From Bacteroidota bacterium (GTDB taxonomy: Bacteria; Bacteroidota; Bacteroidia; 2-12-FULL-35-15), in the NCBI GenBank assembly GCA_052389695.1, contig JBQTHQ010000057.1:11774-75773 (forward strand): a stretch of DNA of 64,000 bases. The letters are read 5' to 3'. The notes beneath the pieces are model-generated. The model worked only from the letters and a program-made list of their open reading frames with translations. It was not told the origin of the DNA and ran no database searches. Below, one piece after another: positions 1 to 11,500 of this stretch; position 1 is the first letter of the stretch; each line of letters opens with the position of its first letter. The translations under genes were made by a program, and so were the position numbers.

Positions 1-144
1 TCATAGTGGGTTATCAAATTGTACTGATAAGCCACAAATATATTAGATACAAAAAACATAAATTATTGCATAATAACATAATATAATCGTCTTTAATATC
101 TTATAATTATGTTATAAAGTAAATATATTTATCTTTGTTGCATA

Positions 145-525
145 TTGCATTATAAAATAATTTATTTGTTAATAACATTAAATAATTTACTTATGAAGAC
201 AATTCCAATTTCAAAAAAAGAGCTGGTTATGGCGTTGTTAAGAGATCATCTGGTAAGTTATCGCTTGGTTCAGGGACTTTTAAAGACGGGCCTGGATAGT
301 TTCAACTTCGATCTCTATACTGGCGACATCATATTTCAGTTGATGGGATTTGGTAGTAGTGAAAAAGAAGAAGAACTATTTGAAGAATTTTTGAACTGGT
401 CGGAGAAAGTAATGAATATTGATTTTTTAGGAGAAGATCGTATTGAACCCCTGAATGACCTGCGGGATGAAATTTACAGCAAGCTAAAAAAGGAACAGAA
501 ACTACGGAAATTAAAAAAATATTGA
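145..525 (+). CDS. hypothetical protein
   Basis: 126-aa ORF in an AT-rich region with charged C-terminal tail; no recognisable motifs. Confidence 0.3.
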   Translation: MHYKIIYLLITLNNLLMKTIPISKKELVMALLRDHLVSYRLVQGLLKTGLDSFNFDLYTGDIIFQLMGFGSSEKEEELFEEFLNWSEKVMNIDFLGEDRIEPLNDLRDEIYSKLKKEQKLRKLKKY

Positions 526-750
526 TTGAAAAATATAAATACCACGCCTATGAAAAATAGAATGATTCACAAAATGATAATGACAATAGTGTTCGTTATA
601 CTACTACCATTGATTACCGCAGAAATACTAATAAAAAACCCGAACGATATTATCGCACGGGTTAAATTAAGTTTTCAGCTAATGCTCTTTGTAGTCAATT
701 TAGGAACCCGAAATAATTAACCATAATCTGATTGTTCTGCTTCCGGAAAG

Positions 751-1107
751 TTAAGCAATGTTTGCATGGCTCATTGTCCTGCATTCTTCAGCGCAATTGC
801 GACATACTTCCGCACATTTTTTGCAATGCTCCATGTGCGAATGCTTCTCACATTCTTTAGCACAGGCATCACAGATTTCTGCACATAAATCACAAAACTT
901 ATTTACAAAAGAAATAGTATGCTCGTCTGACCTGGCCATAAAAGCGGCTGCTGTGCGACACATATCAGCACAATAACGGTTAAGTTCAATACATTTTTCA
1001 AGCATTTTGGCATCGTTTTCATGCAGACATGCAGTAGCACAATGCTCACATTCAGATGCACATTGATTACAGGCATCTATACAGGTTTTAAATTTTTCGT
1101 GGCTCAT
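751..1107 (-). CDS. four-helix bundle copper-binding protein (Cys-rich, DUF326-like)
   Basis: 118 aa with repeated CxxC/CxxxC spacing (CIDACNQCASECEHCATAC ... CDLCAEICDACAKEC ... CKKCAEVCRNCAEEC), the typical pattern of this family. Confidence 0.75.
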   Translation of the reverse strand: MSHEKFKTCIDACNQCASECEHCATACLHENDAKMLEKCIELNRYCADMCRTAAAFMARSDEHTISFVNKFCDLCAEICDACAKECEKHSHMEHCKKCAEVCRNCAEECRTMSHANIA

Positions 1108-1160
1108 AATTTTTGTTTTAAAAATTCTCCTTCAGTTCGCTGTTGCCCGGTTTGATTTAT

Positions 1161-2501
1161 TTACATACTCATCGAGCGCATTTTCATTTTCATCATTCCC
1201 GGATTAATTCGCAGATAAACCTGTGCGCTCAAAGGATTTTTTCCATAAATGCTATTTAATGCTGCTTCGGTACTGAACATTGTAGCCTGCACTCCGATCA
1301 CTGCATTGGTCATAAAGACATTTAACAGTGTGTAGTTTGTTCCAATGGTAATAGCATTAATCATAAAATTTTTGTGCGTATCAAATAATGGCTCAAGCTC
1401 TAATTCTTCTGCCGCTTTTTGAATACCCTCATATCTGCCATACAAAGCCCATTTATTTAATTGCAAATTGGATTCAAGTAAAAAAGAAGGTGTAGTGTTA
1501 TGATCGCTTTTTTCATTTTGTCCCCATACAAACGTATTAGTGAAATGGCTCTTTTCTCCAAACATTATATTATACGCAATAGAGGCAGTAGTTCGCCAAA
1601 TATCTATTTCTGATTCGAGTTCTTCCGGACTATTTATAAAAGCTCTTGATACCTGCATGGATATATTACTTGTTGGATTGAATGATAAACGATAAGAATA
1701 AGAATCGAACTTCGGTTTATCGAAATTGAACCTGTTCTCGTTTGGTTCACGTCCAGTGAAGCTGGATCCTTCGAGCTTGAATTTTTTATACCTGATACCA
1801 AATGTTGCCACTCCAAATGTAATATGCGTTGCATCTTGCCAGTGATGGCCTAAAGGAGCATCAGGATTATTAAAAGTAGATATGCGGTGCATAAATGCAG
1901 TTGGGCCAATAGTAGGTTCTCCGGGATAGCCAATATATCCAGTTATATCAATATCCTTATTAATCATGTGGGTATAAGCAATGCTTAATTCTGAAAACAA
2001 ATCATGCGGATGTTGCCTGTCAACTAATTTACGTCCGTTCCAGCTCTCTCCCGTTTGAAATAAAAGCGGGTATCCATTACCGCCTTCTGTTAGTCTGTCC
2101 AAAGAAAACATGCCGCCAAAATGAAATAATCCTCTTTTGCCGATATTTCTTTGTCCCATTACCATAAACCAGTTAGGAGCACCCAATTGTTTATCTCCAC
2201 GCTTACCTGCTTTATTTATATCCTGATAATTGTAGCGTAAATAAACACTGCCATGAAACATGAGATTCCATTTACCTGCATGAGCCATATAAGCATATAT
2301 TGGTGTGGAATCCGGCTGCCATGAAGTTCCCGAACCGTTTCTGTTCATCGGGAGACTCCTGGAAAATGAATGGCTCATTATTGGCATGGAATCCATTGAC
2401 ATTTTATTCATGGCAGGCTCCCGGTGTTCTGTATGCTGGGCTAACAAAATATTCCATCCAAATATTAGCGTAAAAATTGATAATAGTAGTTTCTTCATCA
2501 C
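1161..2501 (-). CDS. outer-membrane protein with Met/His-rich N-terminal region (CopB-like candidate)
   Basis: Signal peptide MMKKLLLSIFTLIFGWNILLAQ; Met/His-rich stretch HTEHREPAMNKMSMDSMPIMSH and Met-rich C-terminus; beta-rich composition; adjacent to the copper-binding protein. Confidence 0.5.
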   Translation of the reverse strand: MMKKLLLSIFTLIFGWNILLAQHTEHREPAMNKMSMDSMPIMSHSFSRSLPMNRNGSGTSWQPDSTPIYAYMAHAGKWNLMFHGSVYLRYNYQDINKAGKRGDKQLGAPNWFMVMGQRNIGKRGLFHFGGMFSLDRLTEGGNGYPLLFQTGESWNGRKLVDRQHPHDLFSELSIAYTHMINKDIDITGYIGYPGEPTIGPTAFMHRISTFNNPDAPLGHHWQDATHITFGVATFGIRYKKFKLEGSSFTGREPNENRFNFDKPKFDSYSYRLSFNPTSNISMQVSRAFINSPEELESEIDIWRTTASIAYNIMFGEKSHFTNTFVWGQNEKSDHNTTPSFLLESNLQLNKWALYGRYEGIQKAAEELELEPLFDTHKNFMINAITIGTNYTLLNVFMTNAVIGVQATMFSTEAALNSIYGKNPLSAQVYLRINPGMMKMKMRSMSM

Positions 2502-2739
2502 GTTAATTTAATTCTTAAAGGCATGGAATTTCACTCAAAAACAATACCAGCAAGCTCGCTTGATACTTAGATGAATCCCCGTTTATGCGTTACAAAACAA
2601 ACAAAGGTATCCTCGTGTTTAAACGATTTCTATGATATTCGTCAAAGAGGTATTTTGAATAGCCGGAAAGAGGAAAATAATCCTCACGTTGAGAAATACC
2701 GACTGTATAAAAAAGGTGTATTAAGGAGAGAATTTTAAA

Positions 2740-3033
2740 TTACGGACTGGTATGTTTCCAATCCGGTAATTCGATTTTATTTACATCGCCTTCCAGGAAA
2801 CCAATGACAATCCACTTTTTTCCATTTTCATATTCTGCCAAAAGAGGAATACGGATATCAGTAGAACGGTGAATACTATATCTGTAAAAACCGGGATGGC
2901 GGGAATGGCCATTTACAAAATCTATACTTAGCAGTTCTTTGGTGGAATTAAATTCCACCGTTTCAACCTCTGTACCGGAATTATGTACCGGTTTATGTTC
3001 TGTTATTCTGTTCACTTTACAAAAATAACGCAC
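2740..3033 (-). CDS. hypothetical protein
   Basis: 97-aa ORF without recognisable motifs. Confidence 0.3.
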   Translation of the reverse strand: MRYFCKVNRITEHKPVHNSGTEVETVEFNSTKELLSIDFVNGHSRHPGFYRYSIHRSTDIRIPLLAEYENGKKWIVIGFLEGDVNKIELPDWKHTSP

Positions 3034-3214
3034 CCATTGCCAAGAAAGTCAACTTTGTTGCCTTTTTTAGAAGATTATTTTTTAACAAACAAAACGAAAC
3101 TGATTGATTTACGTGCATATATGGCAGGAGGCATTTTCTCAGTTTTGTAAAACTTGTTTCTACCAACAAATTTCCGCTAAAAATACACCATCCCTCTCCA
3201 ATAATTTTACCCTC

Positions 3215-3570
3215 GCAAAAGTCCTTAAGAGCCGGAGAAAACTAAAGCCTTTAACAAGCTGAATTTTCTCTGCTCCTATAAGACCTGAAAAAACTAAAGT
3301 CCTTAAGGAGCTGAATTTTTAAAGTTCCTATACGACCGCAGAAAATTAAAAGCCCTATAAGAGCTGAATTTATAAACTTCTTTAAAAAGAGTTTTTTTCA
3401 AGCCCTTAAGAGCCGCAGAAAACTAAAGTCTTTAAAGAGCCGATGTTTTCAAGAGGTCTTATACAACCGGAGAAAATAAAAGTCCTATAAGAGCTGAATT
3501 TATAAACTTCTTTAAAAGAGAGTTTTTTCAAGCCCTTAAGAGCCACAAAAAAATGAAAGTCTTTAGGATT
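3215..3570. repeat. degenerate tandem repeat array (iteron-like) upstream of first gene of element
   Basis: Six or more units built on NAGAAAAYTAAAGYC + CTTAAGAGC(T/C)GAATTT at 52-77 bp spacing. A ~130-bp higher-order duplicate contains a 34-bp exact repeat at 3353-3386 and 3483-3516 (cctataagagctgaatttataaacttctttaaaa). Confidence 0.8.
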
Positions 3571-3609
3571 TGCAAAAAGTTCGATTGACAATTTTTACAA
3601 CGCAAGTTA

Positions 3610-6600
3610 ATGACCAGGAAAAAACAGGAAACTTCCGGTAAAGGTGAAAGTGCATCTACCCACAGATGGGCAGATGAAATTATTGCTATTACTGAAAACG
3701 CCAAACAGAAAGGGATTGAAATTCGGTTTAATGCCGAGCCATCCCCACAACTTCAGCCCAAGCTAAGGGCAATGGGTTTCAGGCATAGTAAAATGAAAAC
3801 CATGTGGTACGGTGATAATACACCGGAAGCATGGGAATTTGCTGAAAAGGTTAAAACGACACTTCCCGTTTCAACCGATGGACCTGAACTTTTTTTGTCA
3901 CCTTCTGTGGAAGCTGTCCGAACCAATATTGAAAACAGGGAGTTCAGCTTTGTAATGATTACGCTCAAAGATGGGCAGGTTAAAAACTACATCATTTTTG
4001 AATCGTCAAAACCCAAAGCCGAAGTTATTGCCAGCAATTTTGCACACCAGGAATTTGGAGATAAGTTTCTCTCATTAGCAGCTCTGCCCAAAACACACAT
4101 CAAGGAGGCACGTACCCTGTTTGACGAAGGCAAAATCATTTTTCCGGAAGGGCAAAAAGTACCAACCCACAAAGGGAGTGTGATTAAGGGTTTGAAGCCG
4201 GTATCTGAACCGGTAACGGATGAAATTACAGAAACCGATCAGGACAAGCAACGGGAAACAGAGCGCTTGACACTTCAGAAATTTTACCAGTGGGCAACAC
4301 TCCAGCCCGACTTGTCATCAAAGCCAAGCAATGTAAACCGTGAAATTTTTGATAACTGGTTTAAGGAAAATTATCCCAACCTATCGGCAAAAGCTGTTGA
4401 AAGCATGTGGCAAAGCCATAGCCGGATTACGAAATCTTTAAACCGGTTTGAAAAACGTTCCACCGGAAAACCGCTGATGCAACCTTACAGCTCCATTTAC
4501 AAAAAGCTAATGCAGGTTATTCCTGATTTGATAAAACACATTGAGGAAGGAAAGGATAGTGGCAAATCTGTGAAGGATCCAAAAGGCGGCCTAATGGATT
4601 TGAATTTCGATTACCTGGGTAAAGACAAAAAGGGAAATTACCTTATCGCACTTTCGCATTACTTCGAGCAAAATGGAGATATGGTTGCCGATCCCGATAT
4701 GCAGATACGCATATTGCCTGACCTGGAAGCTGCCGAAGCCATGACCTTTCAGGATCAGTTCGGATTCCAGGAAGTTTATCCCGATAAAGGAGACGGAAAG
4801 GAGTACGTTGATTTGAAGCGCAAAAAAGACTTAAATCAGTTCCTAAGCCAATGGCTGACTAATATCATCAGGCAGGGACACAAGATTGATTTAACACAGG
4901 TAGAAAGCGAAACAGAGAACGATGAGAAATCAACCGGGACTGACCTTAGTTTCACAAAACCTGATTTTGAACGCCTGCACACGCCTGAAGAAGAAAAAGA
5001 AATCATTGAGCAATTCTTAGCGCAGGGATTTACAAGACCATTCAGCGCACAAGAAGCATTTGATAAAAACCTTCCGGTGATTGACCTGGAATTCCGCTAT
5101 GTGGAATCAATGGAGTATTTCAGGGATCACATTGAAAATCCACGTAAGGAGAAAATAAAAGAATTGCGGGAAGAACTGAAAGACCTGAAAGGTGAAAAGG
5201 GCGTGAATGAAAAACGAAACTCCCTGAAGGAACAGATAGAGCAGCTGGAAGCAGAAATGACCCTTGCTGAAAAATTAGTTCAGGACGAAAGCCTCATCTT
5301 TCAGGATGATCTCTTTGCAATCATTCTTCAAAATGGTAAACAAAGGGGTTATGCAAAGGAAATTGCAGAAGACATCAGCAGTTTCCAGGACTATGTTGTT
5401 ACCAACATTCTTGATAACCGTGCCATTGAAAGCTACCATAAGGATCCCGTTCAAATAGTGGTGAACGAACTCATTGACGAATATTTCAACTCAAAAGAAG
5501 AAATCAATGCGCCTGAAATGAAATCAGAGCAATCCGATACTTCAAAAAGTGTTGCCACAGACCTTAAATCGGGAGATACTTTTGTTCCAAATGTTTTAGT
5601 TCCTTCAGGTACAACAGAGCCGTTCCATTCACAACTATTTCAGATTTATGATATGACGGAAGTGATTAAAAACAACTTCCCTCACCTGCTGAAAATCTCA
5701 AATGAGAATCTTGGCGATTCCTCACCGATAGCCATGTTTGAACTCATGCAATTTGGACATCCAAGCGAGTATGGAGTTGATGTGAACAGAATAGACTTGC
5801 TTAAAGAATGGGAAAAACAAGGTAAAAGCATCTTTAAAGAGATTGGTTTTCCAACAGATAACAGTTATCCCTATGTAAATCTTCATCTCGGTTATGAAAG
5901 CATAGAACCGCTAAGGGAAATGTTATTTGATAACAACAAGGAGGGAGACGAATGGTGGGCCATTGCCGAACACGCCCGTCCAATTGCAGATGTAAAGAAA
6001 GCTCTGAAAATCATTGACCAAATGATTGAGAAAGAGAAACGGGAAATGAAAACGTATCTCAATCCAAAAACCGGAAAACCCAAATTGGAATACAAGCATT
6101 TGGTGAGGGATGCCGAATTAACCATTGAGAATCTCGAAGACAGCAAAGAAGTTTTACAACACTATTTGAACAATCCGCCTGAAGAAGAAAAAGAGAATAC
6201 CGAAGAAACTTCACAGGATCCGCTGGCTAACGAAAGCGGTGTTTACACTGCTAAAACTGCCGGAGAGAATTTCGAGGAAATCGAAATACCTATGCCTAAA
6301 GGAGCGCAGTTTGAAGCCCGTATTTCCATTGTTAAAACTTCTAATGGTGATTACAAAGTCGGACTTCATGCAGCCAAGAAATTCGGAGATCACGAAGGAT
6401 TAGCATTTCCTGCAAGTGTGGATGGGCAATCCTATTCCACCAAAACGGAAGCATTGAAGTATGGATTAAACTTTCTTGAATTAAGACTTGAAGTTTTATT
6501 AACTGCAAAAGATACTATCCTGGGCAATGAAGAAAAGAAAAAGAAGCAACTGAACATGGCGCTCGATGCGCTCAAAAAGTTTGCGGATGAACATGATATT

Positions 6601-8193
6601 ACGCCTGAAAAGGATCCCGGAAAAACTTCTGATAAAATTCTTTTAAAGGAAATCCACTTAGTTACTTATCCAACCAATAAACGTTTCCGCTCTGAAACAA
6701 GAGTTGTAAAAACCTGGAAAGAAGCGGACGAATATTTCAGGAAGAAAAAGTGGATTGATGAAACAGTCCAATTGAAAGTTATTTGGCAGGACTTTGAAAC
6801 CTTTGAACGCAGGCTGGAATACTCTCATGCACAATTATACAGGGGTAAGAATCCAATCAGCGAATTTGTGTACCAAGCAAATCTTACTATCAGCAAAATG
6901 AAACCTCTCAAAGGTTCACCAACGAAAGAGACGGATGTTAAGAAAGCTCAAAAGTTGATTGCGGGATATTCATTTTCAGACAACGATGTACTGAATATAT
7001 CCGCAGGCATTATCAAAGGTTTGGAAGGTACTTACTGGAAAAAAGAAGACAACAAATATCCACAGGATAAAGCAGTAATCAATGGGATGGAGTTTGACCA
7101 GGCCAGGCTTCGTGAAGCCATCCAAACAAAATTGGAAAAACTACCAATTGAAACGCTGGAGGAAATTGTGCAGGAGCTATCTCTAAAATTCAAGGAGCGA
7201 AGACCGCTTGCTACTTACGAAAAAAGCCTTGTAACCATAGGAAAGACCGGAGACAAAAGAAAAGCAACTTTGATTGCAAGTTACGTGGATGATTTAATTG
7301 TGGACAATGATCTTACCGATAAGACAAACAGTCCCGTGATGACTTTCCTGGTTGAACTGCTTTTCAGTAATGAACAAAAGTTAATTGATTTTCCAATGGA
7401 AGAAACCAGTAAAAAAGAAAATAAAAAAAACTCTTTGAGACAAAAGCAAAGCCAGTATGAACTCAATAAGGAAATTGAAGCACTCATTGAAAAAAAAGAC
7501 AAAGAAGGCAGTTCGTTCAATGAAGAAGAAAAAAATTACATCCGGCAATATACCGGCTCCGGTGGCCTGATAAAAGAAGGCGCTACCGGACGTGGAGTAT
7601 TGTATGAATATTATACCCCCGATGAAGTTGTAAAAAAAATGTGGGGCTTGGCATACAAATATGGATATGATGGAGGTTCAATATTAGAGCCATCGGTAGG
7701 CACAGGCAACTTTTTAAAATATGCACCTAAAGATGCTATCGTTTTCGGATTTGAAACCAACCATTTTTCTGCACGGATAGCGCAAATACTTTTCCCCAAT
7801 GCACATATCCATGAGAAAGCATTTGAAAGTTTATTCTTTGCGGGCAACATTCACCTGAAAGATGATTTTGACCACCCGCTTTACAACCTTGTTATCGGCA
7901 ATCCTCCCTACGGAGATTTTACCGGAAAGTATGCAGGCATGGGAGAAAAGCAGTGGACGGGTGCAACTGAGTATGACCAGTATTTTATCCTGCGTGGACT
8001 GGATTTATTGAAGAAAGGTGGCCTATTGGTCTTTGTTATACCCAGCAGCTTTCTCTCCTACAATGTAAAATCGGCAAAGGTCAAGGAAAAAATTGCTTCA
8101 AAGATTGACTTTATGGATGCGTACCGCTTACCTATCAGAACCTTTGAAACAACGGATATAGGAACAGACATTCTCTTACTGAGAAAAAAATAA
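3610..8193 (+). CDS. giant protein with C-terminal gamma-class N6-adenine DNA methyltransferase domain (DarB-like N-terminal half analogue)
   Basis: 1527 aa; C-terminal motif X/I (YYTPDEVVKKMW ... ILEPSVGTGNFL) followed by motif IV (IGNPPYGDF) and FVIPSSFL. The ~1200-aa N-terminus has no recognisable motifs. Confidence 0.8.
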   Translation: MTRKKQETSGKGESASTHRWADEIIAITENAKQKGIEIRFNAEPSPQLQPKLRAMGFRHSKMKTMWYGDNTPEAWEFAEKVKTTLPVSTDGPELFLSPSVEAVRTNIENREFSFVMITLKDGQVKNYIIFESSKPKAEVIASNFAHQEFGDKFLSLAALPKTHIKEARTLFDEGKIIFPEGQKVPTHKGSVIKGLKPVSEPVTDEITETDQDKQRETERLTLQKFYQWATLQPDLSSKPSNVNREIFDNWFKENYPNLSAKAVESMWQSHSRITKSLNRFEKRSTGKPLMQPYSSIYKKLMQVIPDLIKHIEEGKDSGKSVKDPKGGLMDLNFDYLGKDKKGNYLIALSHYFEQNGDMVADPDMQIRILPDLEAAEAMTFQDQFGFQEVYPDKGDGKEYVDLKRKKDLNQFLSQWLTNIIRQGHKIDLTQVESETENDEKSTGTDLSFTKPDFERLHTPEEEKEIIEQFLAQGFTRPFSAQEAFDKNLPVIDLEFRYVESMEYFRDHIENPRKEKIKELREELKDLKGEKGVNEKRNSLKEQIEQLEAEMTLAEKLVQDESLIFQDDLFAIILQNGKQRGYAKEIAEDISSFQDYVVTNILDNRAIESYHKDPVQIVVNELIDEYFNSKEEINAPEMKSEQSDTSKSVATDLKSGDTFVPNVLVPSGTTEPFHSQLFQIYDMTEVIKNNFPHLLKISNENLGDSSPIAMFELMQFGHPSEYGVDVNRIDLLKEWEKQGKSIFKEIGFPTDNSYPYVNLHLGYESIEPLREMLFDNNKEGDEWWAIAEHARPIADVKKALKIIDQMIEKEKREMKTYLNPKTGKPKLEYKHLVRDAELTIENLEDSKEVLQHYLNNPPEEEKENTEETSQDPLANESGVYTAKTAGENFEEIEIPMPKGAQFEARISIVKTSNGDYKVGLHAAKKFGDHEGLAFPASVDGQSYSTKTEALKYGLNFLELRLEVLLTAKDTILGNEEKKKKQLNMALDALKKFADEHDITPEKDPGKTSDKILLKEIHLVTYPTNKRFRSETRVVKTWKEADEYFRKKKWIDETVQLKVIWQDFETFERRLEYSHAQLYRGKNPISEFVYQANLTISKMKPLKGSPTKETDVKKAQKLIAGYSFSDNDVLNISAGIIKGLEGTYWKKEDNKYPQDKAVINGMEFDQARLREAIQTKLEKLPIETLEEIVQELSLKFKERRPLATYEKSLVTIGKTGDKRKATLIASYVDDLIVDNDLTDKTNSPVMTFLVELLFSNEQKLIDFPMEETSKKENKKNSLRQKQSQYELNKEIEALIEKKDKEGSSFNEEEKNYIRQYTGSGGLIKEGATGRGVLYEYYTPDEVVKKMWGLAYKYGYDGGSILEPSVGTGNFLKYAPKDAIVFGFETNHFSARIAQILFPNAHIHEKAFESLFFAGNIHLKDDFDHPLYNLVIGNPPYGDFTGKYAGMGEKQWTGATEYDQYFILRGLDLLKKGGLLVFVIPSSFLSYNVKSAKVKEKIASKIDFMDAYRLPIRTFETTDIGTDILLLRKK

Positions 8194-8216
8194 AATGATA
8201 AAACAGAGAAACAGAT

Positions 8217-8519
8217 ATGATTTCAAATTACCTGGTGGGATCGGGCATCCTTTACAACAAAAACAAAACAGACATTAATTCAATCAACATGCAGGCAATG
8301 GCAAATGAGAATGACCAGATTAACGAATTAAAACAGCTTATCAATGGAGAATTGAAAGACTGTAATCGCTTCTTATGGCCGAAGGTGTGCGAAATGCAAA
8401 GCACAGATAAAGGAAGGGCAAAGCTGGAAGATATGATTATCCGGTATGTAGCCGAAGAAGGAATGCAGATAGGCTCTGCCATTGCACTTATTGAGCAGGA
8501 GCTTTCGCACATTCTTTAA
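8217..8519 (+). CDS. hypothetical small protein between methyltransferase and helicase genes
   Basis: 100-aa ORF, start uncertain (internal Met MQAMANEND). Confidence 0.3.
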   Translation: MISNYLVGSGILYNKNKTDINSINMQAMANENDQINELKQLINGELKDCNRFLWPKVCEMQSTDKGRAKLEDMIIRYVAEEGMQIGSAIALIEQELSHIL

Positions 8520-8521
8520 AC

Positions 8522-11500
8522 ATGGCACAAGGGTATAAAATGTTCCGAAAAATCGCACAGGAAGTCAACAGGAACTTGCGGGAACGGAAACAAAACTTAA
8601 AGAACATGAAAACAACCGATACCAAAGTCAGTACTGAAACGCTGAAAAAGTTTACCACATTTCTTTTCAGGCACAACACCATTGATGGATATATGCAGGA
8701 TGGGGAAATAAAACAATCCTTCGGACGGATGGGAAAGAAAGCATTTAAGGAGCTTGCTGCATATTTAGGATTAAAAGACTATGATGTTGCATTCAACCCG
8801 GCTGGCCCGGCAGTAAGCGGTGATCTGCGCCTGATGGGAATGTTTGCACCCGATAAAGGAATCTACATTTCCATGAATAAGGATGGAATGAAGTCCGGTA
8901 TTTTATACCGCAGCATCAAACACATGAAAGACTTTTCGGGAGGTAACAACAATTACTTTCCTGAAGGCGACCTCAATCATCCCGATGAAATCAAGGAAAA
9001 AGTGTACAGGCTGTTAAAGCTGGATCAACCCATCACTGCAACCACATTATCAGAACTTAACCGGCTTCCAAATGTATCAGTTGTGAAGATTGCAGATGGT
9101 GGAAAAGAAAATATGGAAGAAAAAGAATTTATCGGGGACAATGACATTACAGATGCCCAATACGCATGGGAAATGCGCCAACTGGAATACCAGCAAATAA
9201 AAGCAATACAAAAAACCGGAAGGCCCAATGTGCTGGATGCCAAAGATGGAGACGAACATGAAAAAATTGTTGAGTGGGCATTGAAGCAAGGCAAGCCTGT
9301 TCCGGCTGATGTATTTGAAGATTATCCCTGGTTAAAGGAAATACAAAAACAAAAGTCCCCAAGTGAAAAAGCTACCAGCACACTTGGACTGTTAACCGGA
9401 GACGAATGGTTCAAACAACACCCGGAGAAAATATTGGGAGAGCAATTCCAAACAACCGACCGTTTCGGAAAACCCGTAACCAAAGTAAAAGGAACAATGG
9501 ATAACATCATTCAGGGTATAGATGTGCCATCGGTAGATGTTCCTGAAGAAACAACCGAAGCCCTGCAAACAGAAATTAAAGAACCCTTACAGCAATTGAT
9601 GAATGATCCTGTAAAGAAAAATAACATCGAGCGTGTTATCAACGAAACTAAAAAAGCACATGCGGATAAGGCAATCAGAAAGCTCAACGGAGAAAAGGAC
9701 AAATACGAAGACGGATGCCCGGAAGAATATTTTTGTTTCGATGATGTAATGCAGCAATACAACAAAGGCATTACAGATGAAGAAATAAAAGCCTGGATAT
9801 GGTACAAGCGGAAAACCGGTGGTTACAACGATGAAAAGGTAATCCTGAATGCAAAGAACGGCTGGTCAAAATATGTTGTTCCATTAGGCCAGGCACATAC
9901 CCACTTAGCAGGATGGCTTAAAACAGGCATCGTTTGCTATTACAAAGGTGATTATATGCCGAGCATTCTATACTATGCCGAGAACATTTACGAACGGCAG
10001 AGTATGCTCCTGAAGGAAAAAGATGCCATTATAAAAGAGTTTGGTAAAGAGCAATACGACCGTCAGTGGGAAGGATTGGAAAATGTAAAACCACCTAAAC
10101 TTACCCTGAATGATCCGAATACTGCTAACCGCTTATTCATCAAACCCGATTCTGCTTTTGCAAAAGAAATCCGTATCAGCCAGCTCGCTGATGAAACAAA
10201 ATTTAATAACTATTCCAAAGAGAAGGGACATTATGTTGAAGGTGCTGTATCATTGGTAGAAGCCTTTAAAACGTGGTTAAGAAATTTACCCAAAGATGAT
10301 TTTAAAAAGTCAACTGACTGGAACATTATCCAGTATTACCTTGATGCGGGAACACCTTCCCGCCATTATGATAAAGAGGAAAAATTGCGTTTAAAGCAAA
10401 ATGCGAAAATGGAAGGCGACCAGTTCTTTGTGCGCTTTCTTGCAGAAGCCTTAACCCGTGAAGACCAGGTACGCATTGAGCAGTTATGGAACTCCAAATA
10501 CAATGGCTATGTAGAAATCAATTATTTCAAAGTACCCGTTGCTTTTACCTGCTCCAGTACATTTAAAAACAAACCCCTATTTATCCGTCCTGCACAGCGG
10601 GAAGGCATTGGCTTTATCAGCGTACACGGTTCGGGGTGCGTAGCCTATGATGTGGGCCTTGGTAAAACTATGACAGCAATTCTTTCGCTTGCACAGGCAT
10701 TGGAAAGCGGACAATGCAAACGTCCTTTCATTGTTGTACCCAATCAAACCTACAAGAACTGGTTAAGTGAATTGCGTGGTGTAGTTGATAAAGGAAAAGT
10801 ATTGCTTTCAGGATTATTGCCACAATACCAGGTGATAGACCTCTACAACCTGGGGACAGAATTTGTTGACCAGCTACGGGATGATAAAGGAAACATCAAA
10901 CCTGTACCGGAGTTCAGTATTTCTGTGTTAACCTATGAAGGATTTAACCGGCTTGGATTTAATGACGAAACCTGGGACACCATTGGCAGCGAGCTGTTCG
11001 ATATACTCAACCAGGGTACAGAAGAAAAACGGGATATGGTAAAGCTCCAGGAAAAAATCAACGAAATGATGGGAAAAGGCATCAAGGGCGGTTCGGTTGA
11101 CATTGAGAATTTAGGTTTTGATTACATGGTGGTGGATGAAGCTCATGCCATGAAAAAATCCTTTACGCAGGTAAAAGGACAAATAAAAGGAGAAACAGGT
11201 GCAAGAGAAAAAGCATCCTACGAAATCCGTTCAGGATCACCGTCCATGACTGCCCTTCGTGGCTTTATGGTTAGCCAGTATATTTTACGCAATAACCAAA
11301 TGCGGAATGTATTACTGCTGACGGCTACACCGTTCACCAACAGTCCGCTTGAAATCTATTCCATACTGGCGCTCATTGGTTACCAGCAGTTAGAAAAATG
11401 GGGCATTAAAAACATCAAAGAGTTTTTTGATACGTTCATCAAAACCAGTATGGAGCTGGTGATTAACGCCAAGCTGAAACCCGAACGCAGAGAGATTGTA

